Numbered from the stretch's first letter, positions 19,094-28,998 are shown. The stretch is DNA of 32,000 nucleotides from Methylophaga frappieri (GCF_000260965.1 NC_017856.1:1830001-1862000); one strand, 5' to 3'. The notes: generated from the sequence alone by a model not told the origin. Made by a program: numbers and translations.

Positions 19094-22000
19094 ATGGCAC
19101 GCTTTTTTATTGATCACCCGATTTTTGCTTGGGTTATCGCGCTGCTCATTATGCTGGCGGGTGTGCTGACAATTTTTCAATTGCCTATCTCGCAATATCC
19201 TGAAATTGCACCGACCTCGGTACAAATCCGAGCCAGTTATCCCGGCGCCTCGGCCAAAGTCGTTGAAGACTCGGTTATTCAGGTAATCGAACAAAACCTG
19301 ACTGGCCTCGATGATCTAACCTATATCAAATCAACCAGTGACTCGAGCGGTACCGGCGAAATCACGATTACTTTTCAGGCCACAACCGATCCAGATATTG
19401 CTCAGGTTCAGGTTCAAAACAAGTTACAGGCGGCAATGACTTTGTTGCCGCAAGAGGTTCAGGAACAAGGTATTCGTGTCACCAAATCCAGCAGCGGTTT
19501 TTTGATGGTACTTGGGTTTGTGTCCGATGATGGCAAAATGGACCGCTACGATATTGCTGACTATGTCGCTGCCAATATCCAGGAGCCGCTTAGCCGAGTC
19601 ACTGGCGTCGGCCAGATTAATTTGTTTGGCTCACAATATGCCATGCGTATCTGGCTTGATGCGGATAAGTTAGCAAATTACCGACTTACAACATTGGATG
19701 TTGTGCAGGCCATTCAACAGCAAAATGTTCAAATCGCCTCAGGGGAAGTTGGCGGCACGCCCGCAATCAATAACCAGCAAATCGCTGCCAGCATTATTGT
19801 CGAGACACGACTGGAAACACCGGAAGAATTTGCAAATATCTTATTGCGCGTTGAACCAGATGGTTCTCAGGTTCGGCTTAAAGATGTCGCCCGCGTTTCT
19901 TTGGGCGGTGAAAATTATCAGTTTGAAACCGAATACAATAAACAAGCAGCCGCTGGCCTCGGGATTAGCTTGGCATCCGGAGCAAATGCATTGGAAACGG
20001 CTCAGTCAGTGCGGGATCGCATTGCTGAAATGGCGCCCTTTTTTCCAGATGGCCTTGTCGTCACTTATCCCTACGACACAACTCCCTTTGTTAAGATCTC
20101 AATTGAAGGGGTAGTTCAAACGTTGGTCGAAGCCATGATCTTGGTATTTTTGATCATGTATTTGTTTCTACAAAATTTTCGCGCAACCTTGATTCCAGCA
20201 ATTGCTGTTCCAGTCGTTATTTTAGGCACTTTCGCGGTGCTGTTTGTCTTTGGCTACTCAATCAATATGTTGACCATGTTCGCCATGGTACTGGCTATCG
20301 GCCTATTGGTGGATGACGCGATTGTTGTCGTGGAAAATGTCGAGCGTGTTATCCATGAAGATAACCTGTCTCCGCGAGACGCAACCCGAAAATCCATGGA
20401 TCAGATCACCGGTGCCTTGGTTGGCATCGTGCTGACCGTCTCGGCAGTGTTTATTCCCATGGCCTTCTTCCCCGGATCTACGGGAGTCATATACCGACAG
20501 TTTTCTATCACGGTTGTCTCGGCAATGGCTATTTCCTTGCTGGTCGCATTGACCTTGACGCCAGCCTTGTGTGCCAGTCTGCTGAAAGATGCCAAACAGG
20601 ATCCGCAACAGAAAAAAGGCTTTTTTGGCTGGTTTAACCGGCGTTTCGAACAAACCAGTCGTGGTACCCAAAGTACCGTTGGCTATCTGCTTAAACATCG
20701 CATCAAAACCATGCTGGTTTACCTGCTTATTGTTGGCGGGTTGGCCTATCTGTTTATCCAGCTGCCGACCTCGTTTTTTCCGGATGAAGACCAGGGCATT
20801 TTATTTACTGAAATGCAGTTGCCAGCCAATGCCTCAAAACAACGGTCCATGGCTGTCATGGACCGGATTGAAGATTATTATCTGGAACAAGAAGCGGACA
20901 ATGTGGATTCGGTCTTTTCTGTCATTGGCTACAGTTTCAGTGGTCGAGGGCAAAACAGCGGTCTCATTTTCGTCAACTTGAAACCTTGGTCAGAACGCAC
21001 CGCACCAGAACAAAATGCACAGGCTATCGCCAACCGGGCATCGGGTTATTTCAGCCAGTTTAAAGATGCGTTTGCTTTTGCTATTTCGCCACCACCCGTG
21101 CGTGAGTTAGGTAATGCCAGCGGATTCAATATGATGCTCAAAGATTTGGGTGGCTTAGGTCACGCAGAATTGGTGAATGCACGTGATAGCTTGTTACAAA
21201 AAGCCAACCAAGATCCAAGGCTAGTGCGTGTTCGCCATAATGGCTTACAAGATCGCTCCCAGCTTAAGGTGGATATCGATCATCAAAAAGCCATGTCATT
21301 TGGTATCTCACTGGCCGACATCAATCATACTTTTAGCACGGCCTGGGGTTCGACTTACGTCAACGATTTTATTGATGAGGGTCGTGTTAAGCGTGTTTAT
21401 GTTCAAGGCGATGCCCCATTTCGTATGATGCCGACGGATATTGGCAAATGGTATGTTCGTAACGCAGAAAATGACATGGTGCCATTATCCGCCATCAGCG
21501 ATTCCCGCTGGATCTACGGTTCGCCGCGACTAGAGCGATACAATGGTGTGCCGGCGATGAATATCCAAGGCGAAGCCGCACCCGGCTTTAGTTCCGGCGA
21601 TGCCATGCAGGCAATGGAATCTCTCGTTGCTGAACTACCTGAAGGCTTTGGCTACGAGTGGACTGAGCTGTCGTTGCAAGAGCGTCAATCCGGTGCTCTG
21701 GCGCCTTTACTGTATGCGATGTCGGTATTAGTCGTGTTTTTATTTCTGGCCGCGTTATATGAAAGCTGGTCAGTGCCATTTTCTGTCATGATGGTTGTCC
21801 CACTGGGTGTATTGGGCGCGGTTGCCTTTGCTTTGGGACGAGAATTATCAAATGACATCTATTTCCAAGTTGGATTGCTAACCACGATTGGTTTATCAGC
21901 CCGAAACGCCATCTTGATTGTCGAATTTGCAAAGTCTCTTTACGAACAAGGGATGACACTGACTGACGCCACCTTGGAAGCCATTCGAATGCGGCTTCGT

Positions 22001-22240
22001 CCTATCGCGATGACCGCGCTGACCTTTATGCTCGGTGTGACACCACTGATGTTGGCAACCGGTGCCGGTAGTGGCGCCCAAAATGCCATTGGCACTGGGG
22101 TTTTTGGTGGTATGTTTGCCGCTACAACCCTCGCTATTTTCTTTATACCGGTATTCTTTGTTGTTGTTTTCCGACTTGCGGAAAACATGACGGGAAGTGC
22201 GCCAACCAAACAAATTGCTGACCCTGGAGAAACTGCATGA
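19094..22240 (+). CDS. RND multidrug efflux pump, inner-membrane permease (AcrB/MexB family, HAE1)
   Basis: 1048 aa. The N-terminus [23 protein letters not shown] is almost diagnostic of AcrB-like pumps. Two large periplasmic loops and 12 TM helices are apparent. Confidence 0.97.
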   Translation: MARFFIDHPIFAWVIALLIMLAGVLTIFQLPISQYPEIAPTSVQIRASYPGASAKVVEDSVIQVIEQNLTGLDDLTYIKSTSDSSGTGEITITFQATTDPDIAQVQVQNKLQAAMTLLPQEVQEQGIRVTKSSSGFLMVLGFVSDDGKMDRYDIADYVAANIQEPLSRVTGVGQINLFGSQYAMRIWLDADKLANYRLTTLDVVQAIQQQNVQIASGEVGGTPAINNQQIAASIIVETRLETPEEFANILLRVEPDGSQVRLKDVARVSLGGENYQFETEYNKQAAAGLGISLASGANALETAQSVRDRIAEMAPFFPDGLVVTYPYDTTPFVKISIEGVVQTLVEAMILVFLIMYLFLQNFRATLIPAIAVPVVILGTFAVLFVFGYSINMLTMFAMVLAIGLLVDDAIVVVENVERVIHEDNLSPRDATRKSMDQITGALVGIVLTVSAVFIPMAFFPGSTGVIYRQFSITVVSAMAISLLVALTLTPALCASLLKDAKQDPQQKKGFFGWFNRRFEQTSRGTQSTVGYLLKHRIKTMLVYLLIVGGLAYLFIQLPTSFFPDEDQGILFTEMQLPANASKQRSMAVMDRIEDYYLEQEADNVDSVFSVIGYSFSGRGQNSGLIFVNLKPWSERTAPEQNAQAIANRASGYFSQFKDAFAFAISPPPVRELGNASGFNMMLKDLGGLGHAELVNARDSLLQKANQDPRLVRVRHNGLQDRSQLKVDIDHQKAMSFGISLADINHTFSTAWGSTYVNDFIDEGRVKRVYVQGDAPFRMMPTDIGKWYVRNAENDMVPLSAISDSRWIYGSPRLERYNGVPAMNIQGEAAPGFSSGDAMQAMESLVAELPEGFGYEWTELSLQERQSGALAPLLYAMSVLVVFLFLAALYESWSVPFSVMMVVPLGVLGAVAFALGRELSNDIYFQVGLLTTIGLSARNAILIVEFAKSLYEQGMTLTDATLEAIRMRLRPIAMTALTFMLGVTPLMLATGAGSGAQNAIGTGVFGGMFAATTLAIFFIPVFFVVVFRLAENMTGSAPTKQIADPGETA

Positions 22241-23646
22241 TCACCCTACGAACATGGTTTACAACCACTTTATTCGCTTTCAGTGTCAGTGCCTGCTCGC
22301 TGATACCTGAATATCAGCAACCGGAAAACCCAAGTCCGTTACCTGCCCGGCAAGATGCCAGCACAGATTTGAATGCAACCGATATTGGCTGGCGCGATTT
22401 TTATCAGGATGCCACCCTGCAAAATCTGATTGACCAGTCCCTGTCCAACAATCGTAATCTGCAAGCAACAGCCTTAATGGTGCAACAACTCCGTGAACAA
22501 TACCGGATCCGCCGTGCAGAACAGTTGCCGATGCTGGATGGTGAAGGTGGCTACACTCGCCAGCGATTTTCACCAGGCGCGAACGAATTTGGCCAGAGCG
22601 GTATTTTTGAACAATATAGCGTCGGCGTCGGTATCGCTGCGTGGGAAATCGATTTCTTTGGCCGATTGGAAAGCCTAAAACAAGCTGCGTTGAGCGATTA
22701 TCTGGCTCAAGAAGCAACTTTAAAGAGCACGCAGTTAACACTGGTTGCCGAAGTAGCCGATGCCTACCTCAGTTGGCAAGCCTCTTTGGCCCAGTTAAAA
22801 CTTTCCGAATCCACACGCGAAGCACGAGAAGAAAGCTATGCCTTGATTACTCGCCGTTATGAAGGCGGCCTTTCCTCAGAACTGGCATTACGTCAAGCAG
22901 AAACAGCATTACATGAAGCACGGATAGCCGTGGCGCAATACCAGCAACAAGCCAATCAGAACTTCACCTTATTGGAATTACTGGTCGGTCAACCCTTGGA
23001 TCAAGATGACTATCCTGTTAATTGGCAAACCACCGGCCTCCTGCGCTCATTACCCGATAATCTTGCCTCAGACAGTTTGCTGCAAAGACCGGATGTACAG
23101 GCAGCGGAACTCAGCATTCAAGCTAACAATGCCTCAATTGGTGCTGCTCGGGCAGCCTTTTTCCCACGTATCAGCCTAACTAGCAGCTTAGGTCTGGCTG
23201 CTGATACGCCCGGAGGATTATTAGAGGGCAGTAATCGCACCTGGCAAATTGCACCACAATTTAATATTCCGTTACTGGATTGGGGCGTGAATGAAGCCAA
23301 TCTGGAAATTGCCGAATTACAAAAAGAACTGTCTGTCGTGCGTTATCAAGAAGTGATTCAGGTAGCATTTAAAGAGGTCTATGATGAATTACAGGCGCGG
23401 GAAACCCTTGAAGATCAGCTGACTGCACAGCAAGATCTGACCGAAGCTACAGCACGTAGTCTGGAACTCGCTGAAAAACGTTTTGATGCCGGTGTCGACA
23501 GTTATCTTGAAGTGTTGGACGCACAACGTAGTCTGATTGATGCCGAACTGGCCGAAATAGCAACCAATCTGGCCCGCCTGCGAAACCAGCTGACACTCTA
23601 CAAAGCCCTGGGTGGCGGTTTATTGGCAGAAACCATCAGCCCCTGA
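22237..23646 (+). CDS. Efflux outer-membrane factor lipoprotein (NodT/OprM family)
   Basis: 469 aa with lipobox FSVSAC and two OEP-type helical repeats. An ATGA overlap joins it to the pump gene. Confidence 0.93.
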   Translation: MITLRTWFTTTLFAFSVSACSLIPEYQQPENPSPLPARQDASTDLNATDIGWRDFYQDATLQNLIDQSLSNNRNLQATALMVQQLREQYRIRRAEQLPMLDGEGGYTRQRFSPGANEFGQSGIFEQYSVGVGIAAWEIDFFGRLESLKQAALSDYLAQEATLKSTQLTLVAEVADAYLSWQASLAQLKLSESTREAREESYALITRRYEGGLSSELALRQAETALHEARIAVAQYQQQANQNFTLLELLVGQPLDQDDYPVNWQTTGLLRSLPDNLASDSLLQRPDVQAAELSIQANNASIGAARAAFFPRISLTSSLGLAADTPGGLLEGSNRTWQIAPQFNIPLLDWGVNEANLEIAELQKELSVVRYQEVIQVAFKEVYDELQARETLEDQLTAQQDLTEATARSLELAEKRFDAGVDSYLEVLDAQRSLIDAELAEIATNLARLRNQLTLYKALGGGLLAETISP

Positions 23647-23715
23647 CTGGCATCTGCAGACAATACTGGCTATGCTTGAAAGCGTTTTTAACAAAACTGG
23701 CAAAGGAGCAAGAAA

Positions 23716-23898
23716 ATGGGATTAGAAGTGGGCGGTCTGTTAGGTCTGATTTGGTTAATTATTGTTATCTGGGCAATTATCAAAGTTGCCAAAAGTTCTG
23801 CCGGAACACTGGCAAAAATCCTTTGGATTTTGATCCTGCTGGTATTCCCGCTGCTTGGCTTGATTATCTGGTTTTTACTCGGCCCCAAAGGCGATTAA
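23716..23898 (+). CDS. PLDc_N-domain small membrane protein (two TM helices)
   Basis: 60 aa. LIWLIIVIWAIIKVAKS ... KILWILILLVFPLLGLIIWFLLGPKG matches the PLD-nuclease N-terminal (PLDc_N) mini-protein pattern. AAGGAG lies upstream and a strong terminator lies downstream. Confidence 0.7.
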   Translation: MGLEVGGLLGLIWLIIVIWAIIKVAKSSAGTLAKILWILILLVFPLLGLIIWFLLGPKGD

Positions 23899-23920
23899 AA
23901 ACCGTTAAGCTCAGAAATAA

Positions 23921-23956
23921 AGCCGTTGCCAGTTGACCTTGGCAACGGCTTTTTTA
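23921..23956 (+). terminator. Rho-independent terminator ending the RND/PLDc_N transcription unit
   Basis: A 10-bp perfect stem pairs AGCCGTTGCC (23921-23930) with GGCAACGGCT (23941-23950). The loop is 10 nt and a TTTTT run follows. Confidence 0.85.
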
Positions 23957-24076
23957 TTGCCTGCGGTTTGACATCCAGCGGAACGGTAAACCAGAATGAA
24001 AGGCGCGTTTGGCCGTATGCACATCATCCGTCGCATACGCTAAACCCCGTCTTTGTTAATCCGTCAGGAGTGAAAC

Positions 24077-26158
24077 ATGTCTGAAAGTCCCACTGCCGCG
24101 CGAGGCAACAGCACGATATTGATCCCCGTTTTTATCCCGGCTGTGGTGGTGACCTTACTATTGGTAGTCGGCACAATCAGCAACCCGAGCCTGGCCGGGG
24201 AAGCCTTTTCGAAAGTACTGACATTTCTGACGCAAAATTTCGGCTGGTTTTACATGCTGGCCGTCGCTTTCTTTCTTGTTTTCGTTGTGGTTGTTGGCTT
24301 ATCCAGCTGGGGGAAAACACGGTTAGGCCCAGATCATGCGGAGCCTCAATATAGTTTTCCTGCTTGGTTTGCCATGTTGTTTTCAGCTGGCTATGGCATC
24401 GCCCTGCTCTTTTTTGGTGTCGCTGAGCCGGTTTTACACTATGCGTCACCACCAGCGGGGGCGCCGGAAACCATTGATGCAGCAAAACAGGCCATGCAAA
24501 TTGCTTTTTTCCATTGGGGATTCCATATCTGGGCAATTTACGGGCTGACGGGGCTGGTCTTAGCTTATTTTGCTTTTCGGCATGGCTTACCGTTGTCGAT
24601 GCGTTCAGCGTTATATCCCTTAATCGGTGAGCGGATTCATGGCCCGATTGGGCATACGGTAGATGTGATTGCCATATTGGGCACACTATTCGGTATTGCT
24701 ACCACGCTTGGTTTATCCGTCGCTCAGATTAACGCTGGCATGAATTATCTTTGGGATGACATTCCCGTCAGTATTACCGTGCAGATCATCACCATCGGTG
24801 TGATTACAGTTTTTGCCATTGCTTCTGTGGTCGCCGGGTTAGATAAGGGGGTTAAAAACCTGTCTATTCTAAATATGGTTCTTGCCGTGTTGTTGATGTT
24901 ATTTGTTTTCAGCGTTGGTCCGACCATCGTGATTCTGGAGACCTTCTTACAAAATACCGGTAGTTATCTGAACAATATTGTTGAGCGTACTTTTAACTTA
25001 CAGGCATATACACGCAGCGACTGGATTGGTAACTGGACTTTATTTATTTTCGGCTGGACCATCGCCTGGGCACCATTTGTCGGTCTTTTCATTGCCAAAA
25101 TCAGCCGAGGACGAACCATTCGCCAATTTGTCTTCGGTGTCTTGTTTGTTCCGACTATCTTTACTTTCCTGTGGTTCTCTATTTTTGGCGATACCGCACT
25201 TCACCTTATCATGCATGAAGGCTACACCACGCTGATCACCGAAGTACAAAATGATACGGCGATTGCCTTATTCAAATTATTTGAACAACTGCCCTGGACC
25301 AGTTTGGTGTCCTTGATCACGGTCATTTTAATCATGACGTTTTTTGTGACGTCTTCTGATTCCGGGTCATTGGTTATTGACTCGTTGGCATCGGGTGGCG
25401 TCAGCAAAACCCCAGTCTGGCAACGGGTCTTCTGGGCGACTCTTGAAGGCATTGTTGCCGCCGCATTATTAATGGCGGGTGGACTTAAAGCACTACAAAC
25501 CATGAGTATTACCAGTGCCCTGCCATTTGCGATCATCATGGTTCTGGCGGCCTTTGGCATGTGGCGCGCACTGGCCATTGAAGGACACCGGGAAACCAGT
25601 CTGAGCACAGCAATGCACAGCTGGAACCACAACCCGAAACATTGGAAAAAACGGCTAACCGGCCTGATTAGTTATCCTGACTATCAACAAGTTGCCTTAT
25701 TTGTTCGAGATACGATTTATCCGGCAATGCAACATGTTGAAGCCGAATTGTTGCGCCAAGGCTGGCCGGTGAAACTTTTCTTTGACGATACCCAACACCG
25801 GGCATACCTGGAAGTGATTCGCGACAATGAGCTGGATTTCATTTATGAAGTCAGAATGCGCGGTTATGCCATGCCTACATTTGCCTATCCACAAATGGAT
25901 CGAAGCACCGATGGCGACAAACTTTATTATCGGGCTGAGGTATTCATGCGTCGCGGTGGGGCATCGTATGATTTGTTTGGCTGCAATGAACAAGAAGCGA
26001 TTGACGACTTATTAAATCAGTTTGAGAAATATCTTCACTTTTTGCATATCTCGCCTGGTATCCTGCCGTGGAAAATGGAAGAACATGACGACATGCTGGA
26101 TGAAAATGGCCACGTAAAAACGCCAGAAGACGCCGAGCAAAGTAAAGCAGGTCAATAA
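24077..26158 (+). CDS. BCCT-family (betaine/carnitine/choline) transporter with long cytoplasmic C-terminal domain, BetT-like
   Basis: 693 aa. The BCCT signature region is NWTLFIFGWTIAWAPFVGLFIAKISRGRTIRQF. There are 12 TM helices, then about 180 aa of hydrophilic tail. Confidence 0.93.
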   Translation: MSESPTAARGNSTILIPVFIPAVVVTLLLVVGTISNPSLAGEAFSKVLTFLTQNFGWFYMLAVAFFLVFVVVVGLSSWGKTRLGPDHAEPQYSFPAWFAMLFSAGYGIALLFFGVAEPVLHYASPPAGAPETIDAAKQAMQIAFFHWGFHIWAIYGLTGLVLAYFAFRHGLPLSMRSALYPLIGERIHGPIGHTVDVIAILGTLFGIATTLGLSVAQINAGMNYLWDDIPVSITVQIITIGVITVFAIASVVAGLDKGVKNLSILNMVLAVLLMLFVFSVGPTIVILETFLQNTGSYLNNIVERTFNLQAYTRSDWIGNWTLFIFGWTIAWAPFVGLFIAKISRGRTIRQFVFGVLFVPTIFTFLWFSIFGDTALHLIMHEGYTTLITEVQNDTAIALFKLFEQLPWTSLVSLITVILIMTFFVTSSDSGSLVIDSLASGGVSKTPVWQRVFWATLEGIVAAALLMAGGLKALQTMSITSALPFAIIMVLAAFGMWRALAIEGHRETSLSTAMHSWNHNPKHWKKRLTGLISYPDYQQVALFVRDTIYPAMQHVEAELLRQGWPVKLFFDDTQHRAYLEVIRDNELDFIYEVRMRGYAMPTFAYPQMDRSTDGDKLYYRAEVFMRRGGASYDLFGCNEQEAIDDLLNQFEKYLHFLHISPGILPWKMEEHDDMLDENGHVKTPEDAEQSKAGQ

Positions 26159-27222
26159 CTGAGGTTATATCGAAAACCGACTGCGAATACTTTGCCACCG
26201 GAGGCAGCGGCATCAAAGCCGGCCAAGCCGCAGCGCTTGCAGGTTAATGCCGCTGTTTCCTGTTCTTGATAGAACTCTGCAAATAAGGTCAGGTTGTCGC
26301 TGTATTTGTGATCAACGCCGGCGTGGATGATAGCCTCACCGTAGCCTTCGACATTGGCTAGCATCAGTTTAAAGACATTATTTTGATACTGATAACTACC
26401 AAACACATTGATGGCTTGCGCGTCGTCACCGAAGAAACTGTTGGGGTTATCGGTATCAGTGACTTCATATTTCACCGCCAGCCCCCACGGACCCGGGTTA
26501 AATGACCAGGTAGCGCCATAAAGTCGGTCTGAAAACCCCTGTGCATTGCCCCGATCATCCATCCCCACTGACAGGCGGTGATTCTCTATTGCATAACTGG
26601 CAACCGCCTGAATTCGCCGGTCGTCAATTCGTGATGAAGAGCGCGCATTACCGGCTTGGCTCGAATAGGAAGCACCAAAACTAAAGCCACCCCAGACCGG
26701 ACTTTCATAGGCCAGCGTTTCTTTGACGCGAAAAGTCGTATAACTGGCAAAGCCACTATAAAAAGTACTGAATTGATCCACCGGCAACAAAATAGCATTG
26801 TAATAAGGCATCCATTGCTGCCCGGCGACCAAGGTCCCAACCGGTGAACGATAACCTAATCTGGCGACACGCAAACTCTCACGCTCATCCCGACCCACAC
26901 CACCTTGATCATAACTATCTCTAAACCGCATATTGACAGAATCAAAGGGTATTTCGATTTGCCCAAATAGCTGATGACGGGGGTTGAAAGCATACTCTGT
27001 TCTGACCCCAACCCGCGAGAATGCATCTCGAAAGCCACGGTAATCGGCGAGCGCATCCGTTTGATCAGGTCGTACAGACTCAGCCTGCATTCTCAAAGAG
27101 GCATACCATTCCAGCGACCAAGGCTCATCTTCTTCAGCCATAACTGAGGGTGGCAGAAAATACAGGCCGGTTAGGCCAATTAACAGACCGGTCACCGTGG
27201 ACTTTGCTGTCGGGTAAACCAT
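26152..27222 (-). CDS. Outer-membrane porin (general Gram-negative porin family)
   Basis: The signal peptide ends VMA-EE. An alternating beta-strand pattern is present, along with WYASLRMQAE (compare the YGSLR motif of porins) and an aromatic C-terminus (FRYNLSY). I prefer ATG 27222 because GGAG lies 5 nt upstream. The ORF track begins at GTG 27228. Confidence 0.8.
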   Translation of the reverse strand: MVYPTAKSTVTGLLIGLTGLYFLPPSVMAEEDEPWSLEWYASLRMQAESVRPDQTDALADYRGFRDAFSRVGVRTEYAFNPRHQLFGQIEIPFDSVNMRFRDSYDQGGVGRDERESLRVARLGYRSPVGTLVAGQQWMPYYNAILLPVDQFSTFYSGFASYTTFRVKETLAYESPVWGGFSFGASYSSQAGNARSSSRIDDRRIQAVASYAIENHRLSVGMDDRGNAQGFSDRLYGATWSFNPGPWGLAVKYEVTDTDNPNSFFGDDAQAINVFGSYQYQNNVFKLMLANVEGYGEAIIHAGVDHKYSDNLTLFAEFYQEQETAALTCKRCGLAGFDAAASGGKVFAVGFRYNLSY

Positions 27223-27369
27223 TAGCACTCCATGAAATTACCAGATAATTGCGTCAATTCAGCATACGCAAGTCACTAGCCGGCTTCAATCAAGGCTCTC
27301 TTTCTTCCGGATCAATAGAAGTTGAGGCTACACGATCTTTCGCAGCATGAACGGCGCTTCAATGCAGCC

Positions 27370-27444
27370 ATTATAAAAATGACCGAGACCTTTGATAGGA
27401 TTAGATTTTTCTCAAGTTTCTTCCCAAACAGGGCACACATTTCA
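27370..27444 (-). promoter_or_regulatory. Conserved 75-bp promoter/operator module, copy A (upstream of porin)
   Basis: It aligns without gaps to 30426-30500 at 62/75 identical bases. Read on the minus strand it ends in TATAAT (27375-27370), about 140 nt upstream of the porin start. Confidence 0.55.
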
Positions 27445-27992
27445 AACATATTGCTATCTTGCCGGGCGGTCGTGACTTATTGGCAAAAGCTAACAGGGTC
27501 GGCGACGTGAAGCGTTAAACCGTAAGACACTGATAGGTGTATGATCCACAAATTAATGCTTAATATCGCCCTGCATTGTGTGGAACGCTATTTTGGCAAT
27601 GCCTGATTACCGTTTTTCAGTTTGATCATTTACAGACAGCATGTGCACGGGTCGTATCTCGGCTTTTTATCCGGGTTAAATGTGATCTTGTAAGCAGCTG
27701 ATAGCCATCGTCCAAGGGGGGATTGCTAACCCTTTTTTATAGTTACGTTGAATCTCATCAGACTCACATCTGGCTGTGTCGCTCTCTCTGATCTGCCTGA
27801 AGAAACCAGCCCGGTTTGTAATGCCGGTGTTGTTTCATGAGTCCATCTAGCCAGTTTACCGTGTTTGCTTCAACGTTCCCTATCAGGCCTGATGGGGGTT
27901 TTAAATAACCGTGGGGATTTGCTCATAGTGTGGCCCCATTGGATTAATGTCTCTGCCAGCGCGTTCAGCACTTGTATACTTTTGCAGGTAAT

Positions 27993-28189
27993 GGGTTGGC
28001 ATCGCTTTGTTTGGCTACAATGTACAAGAAGCGATTGACGACTTATTAAATCCGTTTGGAAAATAGCTTCACTTTTTGCATATCTCGCCCGGCATCCTGC
28101 CGTGGAAAAGGGAAAAACACAACGACATACTAGATAAAAGTAGCCACATAAAAACGCCGCAACAGGCTATGCAAGATAGTCATGCTTAA
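27993..28189 (+). pseudogene. Decayed duplicate of the 3' end of the BCCT transporter gene
   Basis: Bases 28016-28158 align without gaps to 25982-26124 at 125/143 identical. The copy has a 4-nt deletion near 28005, an in-frame TAT-to-TAG change at 28064-28066 and its own TAA at 28187-28189. Weaker similarity seems to continue leftwards to about 27570. Confidence 0.8.
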
Positions 28190-28216
28190 CCGTACCCCAA
28201 TGCCGTAAATTAACCT

Positions 28217-28723
28217 TTAACTATCTGCGATTTCGATCTTGCTACCGTCTGCCGAAACATCAATATCCAGTTTTTTATCGCCCATCATGCCTTCAAATTC
28301 ATAGCTGATGACTTTCATACTTTTTGAATGACTGGCTTCAATATAGGTGGGCGTAAATCCAGGTAATTTTTTTTCAATCGCCTTCATAACGGCTTCTGGC
28401 ACCATGTATTCGGGAAATTCTACTTCGATTTCCTGGACCTCACCATTGGCGAAGGTATCGTATTCAAACTTGCGTTTATCTTTTAGCGTTCCCTGGATTT
28501 CATAGATCTCATCACCATTATCTTCTATTTCAATATTGGCACTGATCACGTCAGATTCTGGAAACTGTTTCTGGATCGCATCAAGAATCACCGTTGGGAC
28601 GTCATTTAAGATGATTTGTTTTTCTTCACCTGCCTGAAGGGGAAGCGGAAGTAGCGAAAGGCTGACGACACCTGTTAGTAAAAATTGACACCATAAAGGA
28701 GTCGACTCAGATCTTCTCATCAT
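28217..28723 (-). CDS. Secreted PepSY-like (BLIP-like fold) protein with two tandem repeats
   Basis: 168 aa from ATG 28723, with AGAGG upstream. The signal peptide is MMRRSESTPLWCQFLLTGVVSLSLLPLPLQA. Two repeats follow the pattern VP..v..aI.k.fP ... YE..g ... k.e.d...dG (DVPTVILDAIQKQFPES... and VPEAVMKAIEKKLPGF...). Confidence 0.6.
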   Translation of the reverse strand: MMRRSESTPLWCQFLLTGVVSLSLLPLPLQAGEEKQIILNDVPTVILDAIQKQFPESDVISANIEIEDNGDEIYEIQGTLKDKRKFEYDTFANGEVQEIEVEFPEYMVPEAVMKAIEKKLPGFTPTYIEASHSKSMKVISYEFEGMMGDKKLDIDVSADGSKIEIADS

Positions 28724-28730
28724 CGTCCGA

Positions 28731-28979
28731 TTACCTCTGGTTTTTATCATTGTTAGAAGAAAATAACTCAGCGAGTTCTTCGCGAACAATAGACCAGAAA
28801 TCCTTAAGATTGGCGTATTTATTGTCGATTTGATCCAAATATTCATCGAGCCGATCAATTTCTTCGTGTTCATCTTTTTCCCGCTCATCACGAAGTTGTG
28901 CTTTTACCTGTGCTAGGGCCTCTTCCAGCTCAGCGACCTTTGCCTCAAGATCTTGTTTACGTGTCGTGATATTGCTCAT
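28731..28979 (-). CDS. Small acidic coiled-coil protein, unknown function
   Basis: 82 aa, highly charged and helical (LEAKVAELEEALAQVKAQLRDEREKDEHEEIDRLDEYLDQIDNKY). AGGA lies 8 nt upstream of the ATG. The gene sits 19 nt after the transporter gene and 7 nt before the PepSY-like gene. Confidence 0.55.
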   Translation of the reverse strand: MSNITTRKQDLEAKVAELEEALAQVKAQLRDEREKDEHEEIDRLDEYLDQIDNKYANLKDFWSIVREELAELFSSNNDKNQR

Positions 28980-28998
28980 AAGTCACATCCTGAATTAT

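Noticed and set aside
23676-23936. An 86-aa ORF overlapping the PLDc_N mini-gene in another frame.
   Set aside because: It uses a non-ATG start and has no SD or domain-like pattern. The 60-aa frame has a strong SD and a clear two-TM PLDc_N signature.
27370-27444. A Pho box (CTGTCAT-N4-CTGTCAT) or sigma-54 promoter within the shared element. Phosphate control would fit a porin plus a Na/Pi transporter.
   Set aside because: No acceptable match to the PhoB direct-repeat consensus is present at the expected -35 position. The only sigma-54-like string (GGGCAC-N5-TCAA) lies on the wrong strand and lacks the -12 GC. The regulator is therefore left unassigned.
27322-27510. A 62-aa plus-strand ORF whose peptide (KMTETFDRIRFFSSFFPNRAHIS) resembles that of the ORF at 30324-30524 (KMAASFDTVRFFSSAFRNRAHIS). 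This could suggest a duplicated small protein gene.
   Set aside because: The 13 nucleotide differences in the shared 75 bp fall 5, 5 and 3 on codon positions 1, 2 and 3, so there is no third-position bias. Similarity ends abruptly inside both ORFs and there is no SD. Conservation is better explained as a DNA-level regulatory element for the minus-strand genes.
27714-27738. A hairpin plus T6 tract (AAGGG-N11-CCCTT-TTTT) on the plus strand in the ORF-free region, resembling an orphan terminator or the end of an sRNA.
   Set aside because: The stem is only 5 bp with an 11-nt loop, and I could not support an upstream promoter. The region appears to be decayed BCCT coding sequence, so a chance structure is more likely.
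28724-28891. An N-terminal 56-aa extension of the 224-aa ORF (28217-28891) in front of the PepSY-like protein.
   Set aside because: The extension translates to low-complexity, non-protein-like sequence. It fully overlaps the better 82-aa coiled-coil ORF in another frame. ATG 28723 has an AGAGG SD and gives a proper signal peptide.
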